In this document: one piece after another, positions 34,629 to 47,131 of the stretch
Layout: the number at the start of each line of letters is the position of its first letter
How positions within the stretch are numbered: position 1 is the stretch's first letter
Assembly (NCBI RefSeq): GCF_024521635.1
Contig: NW_026250407.1
Location: 1,364,001-1,428,000 of the forward strand
DNA length: 64,000 nucleotides
Source: Tricharina praecox
Lineage: Eukaryota
Reading direction: 5' to 3'
Notes under the pieces: model-generated
What the model was told of the DNA's origin: nothing
What the model saw: only the letters and a program-made list of their open reading frames with translations
The model's database searches: none
Program-made: the position numbers and the translations under genes

Positions 34629-36499
34629 CTATACATTCAAGTCTCCGTCCACACATCCATTCCCGTGCTTGGGGGTTTGAGTCCCCTCAATGTTCACGAC
34701 TTCGTCCTTGTCCTCGTCCTTGTCGTCCACACGTTCATTCCCGTGCTCGAGGGGTTGAGTTCCCTCAACGTTCACTGCTTCGTCCTCGTCTTCGTCCTCG
34801 TTCTTGTCGTCGACAGTCGCCGCTTCACCGTCATCAGGTGGTGGTGGTGACGCCTGCTTCTTCGATTTGCGCTTATTCTTCTTCTTTTTGGACGACCCCT
34901 CGGTGGCGGTGATGGTAGCTTCGGCAGGCGCCTTCGTCTCTGGCGTGGTGGTGGAGGGAATCGGGAGTTCATCGGACTTGTCTACCTCCGTCTTCACCTC
35001 CACCTCCTCCTTCACTTCCACCTCCACTTTCTCCTTCACTTCCACGAACCCGCGCTTGTTCTTCTTCTTCTTCTTCTTTTTTTTCGACGACTCCTCGGTA
35101 GCGGGGATGGTATCTTCGGCAGGGGCCTTCGTCTCCAGCGTGGTGGTGGAGGGAATCGGCAGTTCATCGGACATCTCCGTCTCCGTCTCCACCTCCACTT
35201 GCTCCTTCACTTCCACCTCCACAAACCCGCGCTTGCTCTTCTTCTTCTTCTTCTTCTTCTTTTTGGAAGACTCCTCGGTGGCGGTGGTGGTGATGGTAGC
35301 TTCAGCAGGCGCCTTCGTCTCTGGCGTGGTGGTGGAGGAGGGAACCGGCAGTTCATCCGACATCTCCGTCTCCGTCTCCGTCTCCACCTTCACTTTCACC
35401 TTCTGCCTCACCTCGACCTCGACAAACCCATCATCGAAGACCCTTTCATGACACCATTCCCTCAGCTTCCTGATCCTTTCCGCTCTCCTGCCAACATAGC
35501 GCACACAGCCCATGACAACCAAGATATCCCTGAAAGCGTCGCCCTCCAAACACATCATCCTCATGACCAACGTAATCGGCACGAGCATGACGTATATGGC
35601 CCCGATTTCGATCCGCGTCAGGCCGTCGGCGTTGAGCTGCAGCAGTGCTTGCATGTGTGCCGCATACAGGTTCATCTTTGCTTTCGTGAAGGACGTGGCG
35701 AGCGACCGCCAGAGTGCGCAGCCGATGCGGAGAGCTTTGTGGATGGTAGGGGTGCGACGCACGCGGCTTATGAAGGTGGCGCAGAGCGGGTGGAGGTGCG
35801 AGATCGCGAGGGATATGGACTTGGTGAAGTGTACGTATTCTTCGGAGAGCGTGGTGAGGCTGGTGAGCAGGTTGTGGTAGGTCGTGTACAGGTGCGGGTG
35901 CGTTTGCTGGGCGGCGGAGAACTGTACCGTCCACGATTGTAGCGTCTTCAGGAGCGATGACGGTGTGCGGAAGGCGGGGACCAAGTGGCGGATGAGAGCA
36001 CTATGCTCTGTATCAGCAAACTCCGGAGGAAACAGCAGCAAAATAAGCAGAAGCATTTCATACCCCAGCTCCTCGTCACTGTACACAATCACGCGAGCCA
36101 ACTCGTCCGTCGGCGGATCCTGCACCTTCTCACAGAAGCTCTGGTACTCATCGATGTACGAATCGGCCAGCATAGTGAGCACGTCGATACTCATCGTCAT
36201 CTCTGCCGTCTACCACTCTCCCACATCAGATCAGCTGCTCACTCTCCCATACACCATTCACCATTCACACGGACGCGGGCGAGACAGAGAAAGAGAGGGG
36301 GACAAACCTGCTCTTCGACGATCGCCATCCCCTTGCTAAGCTTCTTCTTGACCTTCGTCGTCATGGATTCGCTGTTCTCTAGGGCCTCCGACATCTCCGC
36401 CGTGGCGAGAAAACACGCAGTTAGACGCTCGCTGATGGTGATCCCCGGGAGCTCGAAAACATCCACGACGTTGAGGTCTTCGAAGTTGACTTCGTCCAT
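34629..36499 (-). CDS. Hypothetical protein with a helical N-terminal domain and C-terminal tandem repeats containing poly-Lys tracts; exons 36499-36308, 36209-34629
   Basis: MDEVNFEDLNVV exon plus a GTTTGT..CTGAT..TAG intron joins in phase 0 to the 523-aa ORF. Three copies of a ~55-65 aa unit ending SSKKKKK, then two acidic repeats. Confidence 0.7.
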
Positions 36500-37388
36500 G
36501 TTTGCTTGCTTGCGGAGGAGAGAGAGTGAGTGAAAGCGAGAGATAGAGATAGAGAGAGCGAGGGATGCTGGGATGAAAGTGAAGATTGTGTGTGTGTCGC
36601 TGGTTCTGCGGGGACGGGAAGCTGCAGTCGGTGTTATTGCAGTGGGTGGGAGGGTGGGTGGTCGTTGTTGGAAGGGGGAGGAAGCAGCGTGCTTCATCAA
36701 GAGTGGTTCGAAGTAGCTACCGCCCACGCAGCAAACCAAACTGGACGAGTGAGTGATGTCCCACAAAAAAAAGAACAGCCTATATCTGGAAAGTATAGTC
36801 GGATCGTGTATGGGAAAGGAGAGCGGTACTACGTATCGGATATCCAGTTCATCATCTACCTACCCGGGGGTGGGCACATGAGGAAACGTGGAGCGGACGG
36901 GAACGAAGGCAAGCCACAGCTGCAAGCAAACATCGAAGCCCATCACCCAGTCCTCGCAGCCATACGGCGACGCCTCACGTCGCTGTGGCGTACACCGGTT
37001 CAGCCACTCAGCCCTACGGCCAGCAGACCTCGCCTCGTGCTCCATCGCCCCACCCACACAAGACACCCATCCACATCCACCCACCCACCTCCTTCTTCTG
37101 GGGATGGATAGAAGAAGCAGCAGCTCATCTACACGGAACACCTACCGCAGCCTAAACAAGCGAGCCAATCGCCGAATTTGCCAAAGAAGGAAATTTCCGA
37201 CGTCATCTGGTGGTCGCGGTGGATGTGAAAGATTATAAATTCCCAGTATCAAAGACCATATCCCCACTACACACAAGAATGTACAAGAAACAGAAAAGAA
37301 AGAAACGTAGTGCAAAAGGACATATCCCACCCAGGTCGTGAACTCGTGAACATCGTACGTAGCACTTTTGTGATTGAGAAGGAAACGA

Positions 37389-37896
37389 TCAGAAGGTAGC
37401 GGTGCCGCTCCCACTGCTCTCGTCGTAGTCCTCCTCGTGCACGATCCTGAGCGTCTCCTCGATGAGCAGGAGATCGTGCTCTATCATCTCTGCCCAATTC
37501 TGGATATCACCGATCTCCTACCATGATCATCAGCCTGCGTTCCCATGGCTAGAAATCAACATTGGGAACATACCTTCAGCTTCCCCCTGGCGCCATCCGC
37601 CATTCCGCTCCACTGCTTGGTCGTCTTCGCCAGCTGCGTAGTCTTATTCCGCAGACTCTTGGATTGGTTATCCAACGCGGCGGCGTTAGAGTGGATGGTA
37701 GTCATGCGCTCCCGCAGCTCGAGATCAACCGTCGAGCCGAGTGTGTGCAGCTCACGCGTGAGGGCGCCACGGGCTTCATCTACGCGGGGGGTTAGCGGGA
37801 CGAAGGAACTAATTCTGCGGGGACGGACGGACCAGCACGCTTGTAGCGGTCCTTGCGAAGGAGCTGGTCGTCTTTGATGAGTCTTGCAGTGGCCAT
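37389..37896 (-). CDS. BLOC1S1: BLOC-1/BORC subunit 1 (BLOS1/GCN5L1 family), 132 aa; exons 37896-37833, 37779-37574, 37517-37389
   Basis: Coiled coil IHSNAAALDNQSKSLRNKTTQLAKTTKQW..KLK|EIGDIQNWAEMIEHDL matches the GCN5L1 signature LKEIGDxxNWA. Introns are in phase. Confidence 0.88.
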
Positions 37897-40800
37897 TGGA
37901 GCTTAAAGTGGGGTGTGTATAAAAGATGTTAAGTGATGTGGAAGTGGGAGTGTAGTAAGAGTATAAGAGTATAAGGGGTTCTGTCTGTTCGATAAAGAAG
38001 TGGATGTCGAGCTTGCTGCTGTCTTCAGAGCAGGATTCCGTCCTTGATATAGCAAAAGAGCGATCCTCCTCGTATCCCCCTTCCCCTCCCTTCCTCCCTT
38101 CCTCTTCCCCCGCACACTTCACACTCAATGCCCCTCCTCTCTTCCCACCTCCTCCTGGATGGAATTGTTTCCTTTGCACACCTCCCCTCCCTCCCCTCAC
38201 ACCCTCTCCTAGCTATCCCCTTGTCGAGGCCACAGTCGTCCGGACCAAACAAAAGACGACACGACAGCAAGAGAGTGTATCTCGAATGCACCGGCGGGGG
38301 GCAGGAGAGGAGTCAATCTTGCAAAACGCGTTGAGGAGGTGCGTAAGTAGCGGACTATCGCTCCGCGATGGGCGATTGAGCAAGCAGGCTTCAAGCGGGG
38401 ACGCGCAGCTGAGAAGGTGTGATGTGATGCGCTGGCAGCCTGAGGGGGGAGGAGATGGGATGTGCAAGACGAGACGAGGCGAGGCGATGAGGAAGAAGGT
38501 TGGTGGCACCGCGGGCGGGCGCGGACGTGATGCTGTGTATGTAGGCCGCTTACTAGGTATGTAGCTGGGCGTGGGAATGCCGGCGTGCGGAACTGCGGGG
38601 CGTGACTTGGGCGACGATGTACGTGCTAGTTTAGCCCGCGTCGGTAACTCTAGTTAAGTTAGCTGCCATACAAGTCCCGTAACTCACCGCAAGCCATCAA
38701 GCAAGCAATAGTGCTCGAAACCGGAAGCTCTCTAGCAACGCCATCATCGTCAGCGATCAATTGAGCTGTGAGCAAGTGGTGGGTGTGGTGAAAAGTCTGA
38801 AGAGAGGGGGGCAGAATTGACGATGGCAGAGCCGGGAACGCGATGTGCACTGCGCGAATTCCACACGCACGGCGGCGTCGACGGCAAAGTACGTACAGGA
38901 AAGTTACACCTCCTTCCTCCCTCCGTTTTCGTGGACTTCTCTGATTCGACGTCCTTGCAGGATGGATGTATGCACGATACGTTGTCAAAAAAAACCCACC
39001 CCCTCCACCCCCGTTCTTCGGGAAGGGGACCGTAAGATGTATGTACGCTGAGCTCATCTCCCGCAGGGCGCGCACCCTCGTCGACCCGATCTGCCGGGTG
39101 AACGAAGCCACACCAAGTGGCGGTGCCGAAGGCTGTGACCAATGATGGCGATAAATCTTCACATATGTAGCAGAGAAACTAGAGTATCATATAGATGAGC
39201 ATCTGGATACCGTAAAACCGCTAGGTACCCCCGCTGTTTTTTGCTTTTTTTTTCGCGCACAACGGTCGGATGGTCGTTCGAATAGGAAGTAAAAGATAAA
39301 ATGTAGCTTATGTGCATGATACCGGTGCCCGATACCCACAGAAACAGCCCGATTAGTCCGCAGTGCTTGTCCGTGGAGCAGCCAGTCCTTCTATAAGTTC
39401 TACCCTCATGAAGAAGACGACCATGGCAGTCGCCCATCCCGTAGTTACCACGCTGAGAGGGTTGCCTTTTCTTTTACATACTTGATTATATTTTACAGTC
39501 AGCTAGTTCCGGAAGTTGTAGCCAGTTACCGTATTTTACCCAGTTGAAACGCAACGGTTGAGGCGCTCCATGGCTCCCGAAAGCACTGTTGCACGGCGCG
39601 GACAATCACCCATCAAACCAACCGCGGCCCGCAATAAAGACAGTACGTTTTCGGATCTTTGTCTCCATCTTAGTATCTTACCTGTCACGTCACGGTAGTT
39701 TTCCACCAGGAAAAGGTAGCGGCCGTACATATGTAAATTCTCCGCTACCAGCCTACCAATCAAATCGGACAGAACCGGCAGACACGCCAGCTCGCCGATG
39801 ATAGATACCGTAGTGTCATCCAACGCTTATGTACAGGTGCGTTGCGTGCGGAGTGCCAGGCGGCTGCCGCTCATCTGAATGCATTGGTCGGCGAAAGATG
39901 TCTGTACATACTTGGACAGGTCGCGGATAGTTACCTCCTAGGAGCACGTTTTAGCTTACGGCTCTCTTTCCGAGATGTGTACATAGTGTGGCTGGTTGAG
40001 TTTCGCTCTCTGTTGTATCTTGAAGAGTTCTGCGATGACTTGGGGGCACACGAACAACGACTTACATATATCCTTATGGCATCGTACTTGAGCAGATCTC
40101 ACAGGTTGAAGGGAGAACGACGACCATGGTTGTATTTTCCGTGGCGGTGCGGTTGATTGCGCCGTTCCAGAGCCCTTGTAGGCATCGGCACCATACATAA
40201 CCCCTTCAACATACTACGGCAAGTACTCCATCTCATGTAAAGACTGGAACATGCAGATCTCTGCTCAAGCTAGCAATTCTGGGACCGGGACGAACAGCGG
40301 AATGTATCGACCGGGTTCCTGGGCCCCAGTGGCAGCTGTGGGGAGGGGGATTGCCGTGGTATTGGGAATTTGGGTCCGCGAATGATGGTACTTACCAAGT
40401 AGTGACATACGTAGGGTTTGGCCGCTGGCAGCCTGGCAGGTGCGTTAGCCACGTATAAAGATAGTACACATCGCGTGGCAGGCATTTGAATTCTGGACTC
40501 TGGAGGATGTTGGGCGGTTGGACGGTTGGAGACTGGAGACTGGAGTGCAGTCATACCCCCGTGTGTCGAACACTAGATATCCTGGTGTGGCGGTGTGGCG
40601 GTGTTGGGCAGTGGCTAGAGTACCGTTGAGAACTTCACCCTTGGCACCGAGTCATCGAGTCATCGAGAGATCTAGATTCCACAGAGGACCGGCTTCTGTA
40701 TGTAACTACCGTACTATGTAGAGTACATACCAGGTACCTGGTATGTAGATCGCCCGCTGGATTCTAAATTGTGGCTGTGTAGGGCATGCGCCATTTGCAT

Positions 40801-41220
40801 CTGGGGAGCATCATCTCTACTGTGGCTAACCAACTCCCACTCGCACATGTCAAGTCTCGACTCTCGAAACATCCCAACAGATCGTGAGTCGTGCCGCATA
40901 CCTGCGCGCACCGACCATTCGAGGCACTTCCGGCTCGCTGTCGCCAATCATGTCGCAGGCAAAAGCAATCCGCGCCACTGTGCACCGCCACGAACCCCAC
41001 GAACCCCACGAACCCCATGACGTAGCAGCGCAACCCTGCCCGTAGGCTCTCGCCGCGCAGCGCAAACATATGTAAATATGTAGTTGCATCCGCCTTCCTT
41101 CAGTATTCACCTCCTCGTTCCCCACACTCCCCACACCGCATCCATCTAGCCTCCATTCAAACTCAAACCTAAAACCCAAACTGCAACACCCCCCCTTCAA
41201 AAACCACACCTACAACCACA

Positions 41221-41499
41221 ATGCCGATCCCCCTCTTCACCTCCGAAAAGCCGTCGACCTCCGAAACCGCCAACTCTCCAGAAGAGCACAGTCCTCCTCA
41301 GCAGCAGCAGCCGTCAGCACAGTCCAGCAGCGCGGCGTCTCCGCACTTCCGCGCAGCACAGGACGAGCTTGCGCGTACCCACGCCCGTAGGATGAGCATT
41401 GAGCGCCGCGAGCAGACGGTAGACGAGCGTGCCGCCGCCGATAAGCTCTATGAAGAGAGGATTGAGGAGGAGTATGCAAAGCGCGAGGGGGGGGCTTAG
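41221..41499 (+). CDS. Small conserved fungal protein (92 aa) ending YEERIEEEYAKREGGA
   Basis: CACA ATG context after a pyrimidine/CA-rich leader. I recall this C-terminal motif from an uncharacterised ascomycete small-protein family. Confidence 0.7.
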   Translation: MPIPLFTSEKPSTSETANSPEEHSPPQQQQPSAQSSSAASPHFRAAQDELARTHARRMSIERREQTVDERAAADKLYEERIEEEYAKREGGA

Positions 41500-41696
41500 G
41501 AAACTTCGAGGATGGGAGGGGTGAGGGGTGCGGGTGGGGGTGGGGGTGGGGTGGGGTGGGGTAGGGGGTAGAGAACGGGGGAGGCTTTGTAATTTTGTGA
41601 TACGACAACGCGATGATGAATGATATTGAGCGGTGTGCACTGCACCACCAACACCATAGTTGCTGCGACACTGCGTGCGTGATGTAATTTGGAGCC

Positions 41697-41748
41697 ACTC
41701 TGGACTCTGGCACTCTGGACTCCGGCACTCTGGAGTCTGGAGTCTGGG
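41697..41748 (+). repeat. Degenerate 7-8 bp repeat (ACTCTGG/AGTCTGG)
   Basis: actctggactctggcactctggactccggcactctggagtctggagtctggg. Confidence 0.75.
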
Positions 41749-42284
41749 GTGTGGAGAGTGTCTCCTCTCCCCGAACCCCTCGGGCCCCCGCATTCGTGTA
41801 ACATGTAACACCCGGAGCTCTTCCCCACAATCCACTAGAGTAATAGTGTGTTCCCACCTCCCCCCCCCCCAGCTCCCAACACTTCTTTCCCTCCTAGATA
41901 CCTTGACTCAACGGAAACGGGCCATGGACCACAAAACTGTGAGATATCCCATCCAATCGTCTCAAAGTTCAAACACCAGCTCTGGACTCACTCTGTTTCT
42001 TTCCGCCTTGAGACGTTTTGCAAGTCTACACACGGGGAAAGGTATTTATCCTGGGTTTACTTGGAAACGGCAGCTGCTAACTCCGAGCAGTGGCGCCCAC
42101 TACATACCCGTTAGCGGAGGCGTAGGTCTTCGCCGTCGACAGTCGACCACCGACCACCGACCACCGAGTCCGACCCCGACCGCGACCCGTCGGAGGCGGT
42201 CCTCGAGGAAATATTGGCCTTTGCAGCCACCTGTGTTCGATGCGCCAGAATAGGTACCTACGATGGCATAAATTCCAGCGCCGA

Positions 42285-42380
42285 TTCGCGCGAGCTCTGT
42301 TTCGCGCGAGCTCTGTTTCGCGCGAGCTCTGTTTCGCGCGAGCTCTGTTTCGCGCGAGCTCTGTTTCACGCGCGCTCTCT
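42285..42380 (+). repeat. Minisatellite: 5 perfect plus 1 degenerate copies of 16 bp TTCGCGCGAGCTCTGT
   Basis: Units start at 42285, 42301, 42317, 42333, 42349 and 42365. Confidence 0.95.
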
Positions 42381-43419
42381 GCTTTCTTGGGTTGCGTTGT
42401 TCGCACATAACACCAAGTTCCAACGATTCCAGCAGCGAGACCCAGCTTCCAGACATGTGCGAAATCCCGAGAACAGAGACCAGAGTACCTACTCTACCTA
42501 CCTCCATGGGGCGACCTCCCATCCCACCTCTTTCCAGCCGAAGCCTGCTCGTCCTTCATGCCAACAACCACACGAGCGCCGGTCCAAACTTCAAGCTCCA
42601 ACTCTCCGTGTCAACTAGCCAACTAGCCGAATCCATTTGTGGAAACTGCATCCGTCGGATACCCACCATCTTAGTAGTTAGCATGTGCTCGGTAGTGGCG
42701 AAGCTATTCGCCATTCGGCTCACTCGGCTCCGTGGTCTCGGATCTCGAATCATATGTTTGCACTCGGTGTTGATCGCCCTGCGCCGAATTGCGGAGGCCG
42801 TGCGGGGTTGGTCGTGCGGGGGCTATTCCGAGTTCCGCGTTCCGCGTTCCGTGTTGTCCACCCGCCCGCCTGGAGGCTGCGGATTGCGCTCGATGGACGT
42901 CTCTCCCGTGCTGCACGAAACCGTCTAAACGAGCCTGCTTTTCACAGGGTCCTGATATGGATTCAATCTTATGAAGAGAGGAGAGGTACGTTGTATTGCC
43001 CACTATGATAGCAAAACATGATACACCCAGACACCGGAAACATGCAACCCAAAGAAATCCAACACAAGAGAAGAGAAGAGAAGGAAAAGAACAAAAAAAA
43101 CCAACACCGAAACCAAAACAGAGACAAAAACAGAAAAAAGGAGACCCAAATAATAACCCCATATGTATGCAACCTTGCTAACTAATGCTCTTTTTTTTCA
43201 CTTCGTTCTTCTAACTCTATTTTCCAAACGACAGACGGGCGTGACTGCTCTGGCGGTTCAATGCCGAAGTCGATGCCGCGAGACGTGGAGTGCTGGCCTT
43301 CCGCTCCAGTCCAGATCTTCGCATTGCCTCGACGGCGGGGCTCGAGAGTCGCGCGATGCTGGATTTGCGGTCGAGGCCGGGACTGGCCTTGATGGCATCG
43401 AGTGCAGACTAAGCTGGAA

Positions 43420-44549
43420 TCAGTTCCTGATCGACCACATGTGGGGAACAGCGGCACATACCTTTGCGGACAACCCGGTTCCAGTCCTCCGAGCGCTTGA
43501 TGGTGGTGGCGGCATAGACGCCATGCCCATGACCGACGGCGCTCGCCTCATCTTCGATTGCGGCGTCGAGGGCACGGATGATGTGGACGATGCCGAAGAT
43601 GTGGAGTATGTGGAGGATGCGGAGGGCGTGCAGGGCGTCGCAGCACGTGGCGGGGGTGCGGCCATGACCGGTCTTGCCTTTGCCTTCAAGGCGATGGGAG
43701 CGTCCTCCTTCTGCGGTGCGGTGGCCAAGGCCGGCTTCCGCATCGTCTTCATCACCTTGCGGGAAACATCGATGACGAAATCGCCGCCCTCGGCCATCAG
43801 CGCGATCATACTGGGACAGTCCAGGCGCTCGAAGTTGAAGGCGGCGAAAGAGCTGATCACACGACGTAGACTCTCCTGAACCTCACGTCAGCACGGAGTC
43901 ACTCACTCGGGAGATGGACGTCAGAACATACCTCGCGGGTGGCATGCCCGCTCGTGTGCCTGTACACGAATCGTGCGAGGTCGACAAAGTTGTCGGCCGC
44001 GACGGAACACCGCTCAAGCCATCGGATCTGGTCGAGCAATGATGCCAACTGGTGGATACACACGACCACCAACTGGGAAGTAGCCGTGGCCTGGGCAAGC
44101 GCATACAGACGGGCATGGGCCATAAACGCCTCGCCGTAATCCATCGAATCCGAATCATTCATCTGGATCGTTGGAGTAGGGTTCGGCGTGTTATCGCCCT
44201 CACCAGAGAGGACACTAGACGGCGGGCTGGGGGTAGCGGGCGGGCTCGCGGGCATCGACGAACCCCGCGGCCGGCGGGTATCTGACCTCAACTGCCGCAT
44301 CGAGGCGGGCTTGGGCTCGGGCACAGAGTACTCGCGGGTATACTGCCACTGCACATATCGGTCGACGGTGGCCTCGTCCCAGCGCGTCCAGTCGATGGTG
44401 TGGTCGTCCTTCTTCGCATCGATCAGGCGGCGGAGGGCATCGGAGTTTGCGCACAGCAGTCCGCTGTGGATCGGAAACTCCTTTCGGGAGGGGCCTGCGG
44501 AGATGGTGTACATGGCCGTGGACAGGAACTTGCTCGGATTGTATGGCAT
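43420..44549 (-). CDS. BTB/POZ-domain protein; exons 44549-43932, 43875-43420
   Basis: Fungal BTB pattern YTISAGPSRKEFPIHSGLLCANSDALRRL..WDEATVDRYVQWQYTREY, then HARLYALAQ..L and ESLRRVISSFAA..LMAEGGDFVIDV. A GTATGT..CTGAC..CAG intron lies in phase 0. Confidence 0.85.
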
Positions 44550-46265
44550 CTGGGAGGATGCTGGGGGTGGTGGCGAAGACGTTGGTTATGAAGGATCGAT
44601 GGACGAGTGGGGCGGATGGGCGGATAACTAACTATCGATGGGCGGGCGGGCGAGCGAGCGAGGATAAGGACGAGACAGGGAATGAGACAGGGGAGGAGGA
44701 GGGGGTGTGTTATCCGAACTTTGCGCTTCGCATAGATAGTGCTGGTTCCAACTTCTTTCGTCTCCGGCGGCGGTGGGCGGTGGTGGCGAGGAAATCGGGC
44801 TTTATACACACAACACTCTATCGACTCTATCGACTCCCTTCTTACTCTATATACTCCACATACACACGCACGACGCACGCACGCACGACGCACACTCACA
44901 CGACACGCAGAACAGGAAAGCAAGTAAGCAAGCACAGATTGAAATTGAAATTGAATGCGTGTTCCTGGCTGACTCGTACTGTTTGGCCTGGTAACCGTTG
45001 CTTGCTTCTGTGGGTGGGTACTTTATGTGCTTGTCTTATGTATGACGGTCGCGAAATTCCGCAGGCCGCAGGCTGTTGCTGCGGTGTGTGTGTTGTCCAA
45101 TTCGGAGCTAAGCTAACTAAACCACCTACGGGCGCGCATGGAAAAAAAAGTTCAGTTCCTTCTTCCTGGTCGGTCGGTCGCATGCACGATAACGCACGAA
45201 TCGCAGTCCGTGAATCGTCAAAATCAACGCGACATCTCTTTTTTCTTTCTCGGGCACACTCGCTCGCACATGTTTTATCGCTCACCATCCACACACCGGC
45301 ATGGAATCTGGAAACTTTGCAACGACGACAAAGACTGCGGGTGATATCGTAAGAGAAGCATCGAGATCATCATGGGGAAGTGGAGGAGGAGGATGGAGGG
45401 AGGAGGGGTGGGGGGGATGGTTTGCTTTTGGCTTTGGGCTTGGAGGGGAAGGGAGGCCGGGGATGTACCGTACTAGCAACCCCACCGCCTGGCCGCCTCC
45501 GCTCCCCGCTAGAGTCCCCACTCTAGGTACCTAGGCTCTCCAGAGTCCAAGCTATGTACCTACCCCTCACCCACATGGCTCGGTCCTCTCTTCTCCACGA
45601 AGTCTGAACTTGTTCTTCTCGTGCGTCTAACCAGAAGGCTCCAATAGCCATAGTGCTTCAAGCGCAAACCTCTCATTCTCACTCACTCCCGCTGTCTGTC
45701 GGGTTGTCTGGTGGTCTGGCTGCCGGTCGGTTGTTTAATCCCGCTTGCTGATGGCTGATGAACGCCGTGCTGGGTCCACGTCAAACACGTCAAACACGGG
45801 CCATGTGTTCGCGTCGTGTGTGTATAGTACCTATGTGCTCTACATACACACATACCTAGATGGATGACGATGTTTCACCCGGTACAGCTGTATATAATGT
45901 CTGTATGTAGAGTGGGTAGAGCACATGAGGATAAAGTACTCTTTACTTTTTTACCGTGACAGAGCAGGTACTCTAGAGTGCTCGAGAGTGCTCGAGGGTG
46001 CTCCCCGGGAAAGCGAAAAGGAAAGAGGAAAAGGAAAGGAAAGAAGCAAAGAAGCAAAGAAAAACGAAAAAGAAAGAGAAAGGAAAAAGGAAAGAATAGG
46101 GACGAACTTTCTTGAGTGAGAGGGGGTTTGCACACCGCGGACGTCCACGTCGATCGGGATTTCCACTCTGGCTGAGGGCTCGTTTTTAGATAGAGTGGGG
46201 ATATACACACAGTAGAAAAACTCCCCTACCGTACTCTATGTAACCGCCTGCGCCTGCGCCATGGA

Positions 46266-46310
46266 TGGGAGCTGTGGGAGAGCTGTGGGAGAGCTGTGGG
46301 AGAGCTGTGG
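46266..46310 (+). repeat. Tandem 12-bp repeat GGGAGAGCTGT-type, about 4 copies
   Basis: tgggagctgtgggagagctgtgggagagctgtgggagagctgtgg. Confidence 0.8.
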
Positions 46311-47131
46311 AAGGGAGTGCCGACACGCAGGTAATACCGGCCATCGAGATGGTCTGCCTGCTTGCTTCTACCCTACCTACTCTACCCACGGTGCAACAAC
46401 GGACGGAGTAGGAATCCCTTTCGCTTGGCCCCCACTTACCAAGGTTACCTGCGACCGACTATATACCACTACGCTACCACTCACATCAGGAATCCCGGGT
46501 TGGATCTGAGATTCTGAAGATTCTGAAAAAACGGTTGATCCGGCGCTGCTGAGCCGGCCAATCATGACAGCGCGCGGCGAACCGGTATCCTCCATGCGGA
46601 ATCCTTCCCCCACCGGTAATATCTCTGTATGTATGCTGCTCTACATACATACCGTACATATCTCAGCTCGAAGAAAGAGGCGAGCCAACGAGCCAGCGAG
46701 CCAGCGAGAGCTACCTATGCTACATAAAGCTATGTCTTCCTGTATGTAAGTAGAGCTAGAGATGCGTGCGTGGGCGATTGGGCAAATGCACTGGGCAGTG
46801 GAGAAATGCACGAACCACCCCACAATCCACAAAGATGCACTGTGCACATGCGGGGATCGGGTGCAGACTATTTCATTGACTGTCACTCGAGACGTCTGGA
46901 TAACTGCCTATGGATGTAACAACTGCCGCTGCCAACGTCCGGCCGGCTGCCGGACGCACGCAGGCATGCGGCTTATCCCCTCCCCCTCTCCTCCCCTCCT
47001 ACGGGCCCCCCACTGAACAACTGAAGAAAAAAAAGCAACCGAGCGGACATGACAAACAAACAAACGTCCGTCTCCCTCATCCCCCTCATCCCCCTCATCA
47101 GGAAGCGGTTCCCCATCCTACCTGCCTGGTA

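Noticed and set aside
41924..42253. Possible small spliced gene (ATG 41924, donor-like GTGAGA and GTATTT, GCTAAC..CAG)
   Set aside because: No splice combination gave a convincing protein. It could be a non-coding transcript, but nothing in the sequence supports that.
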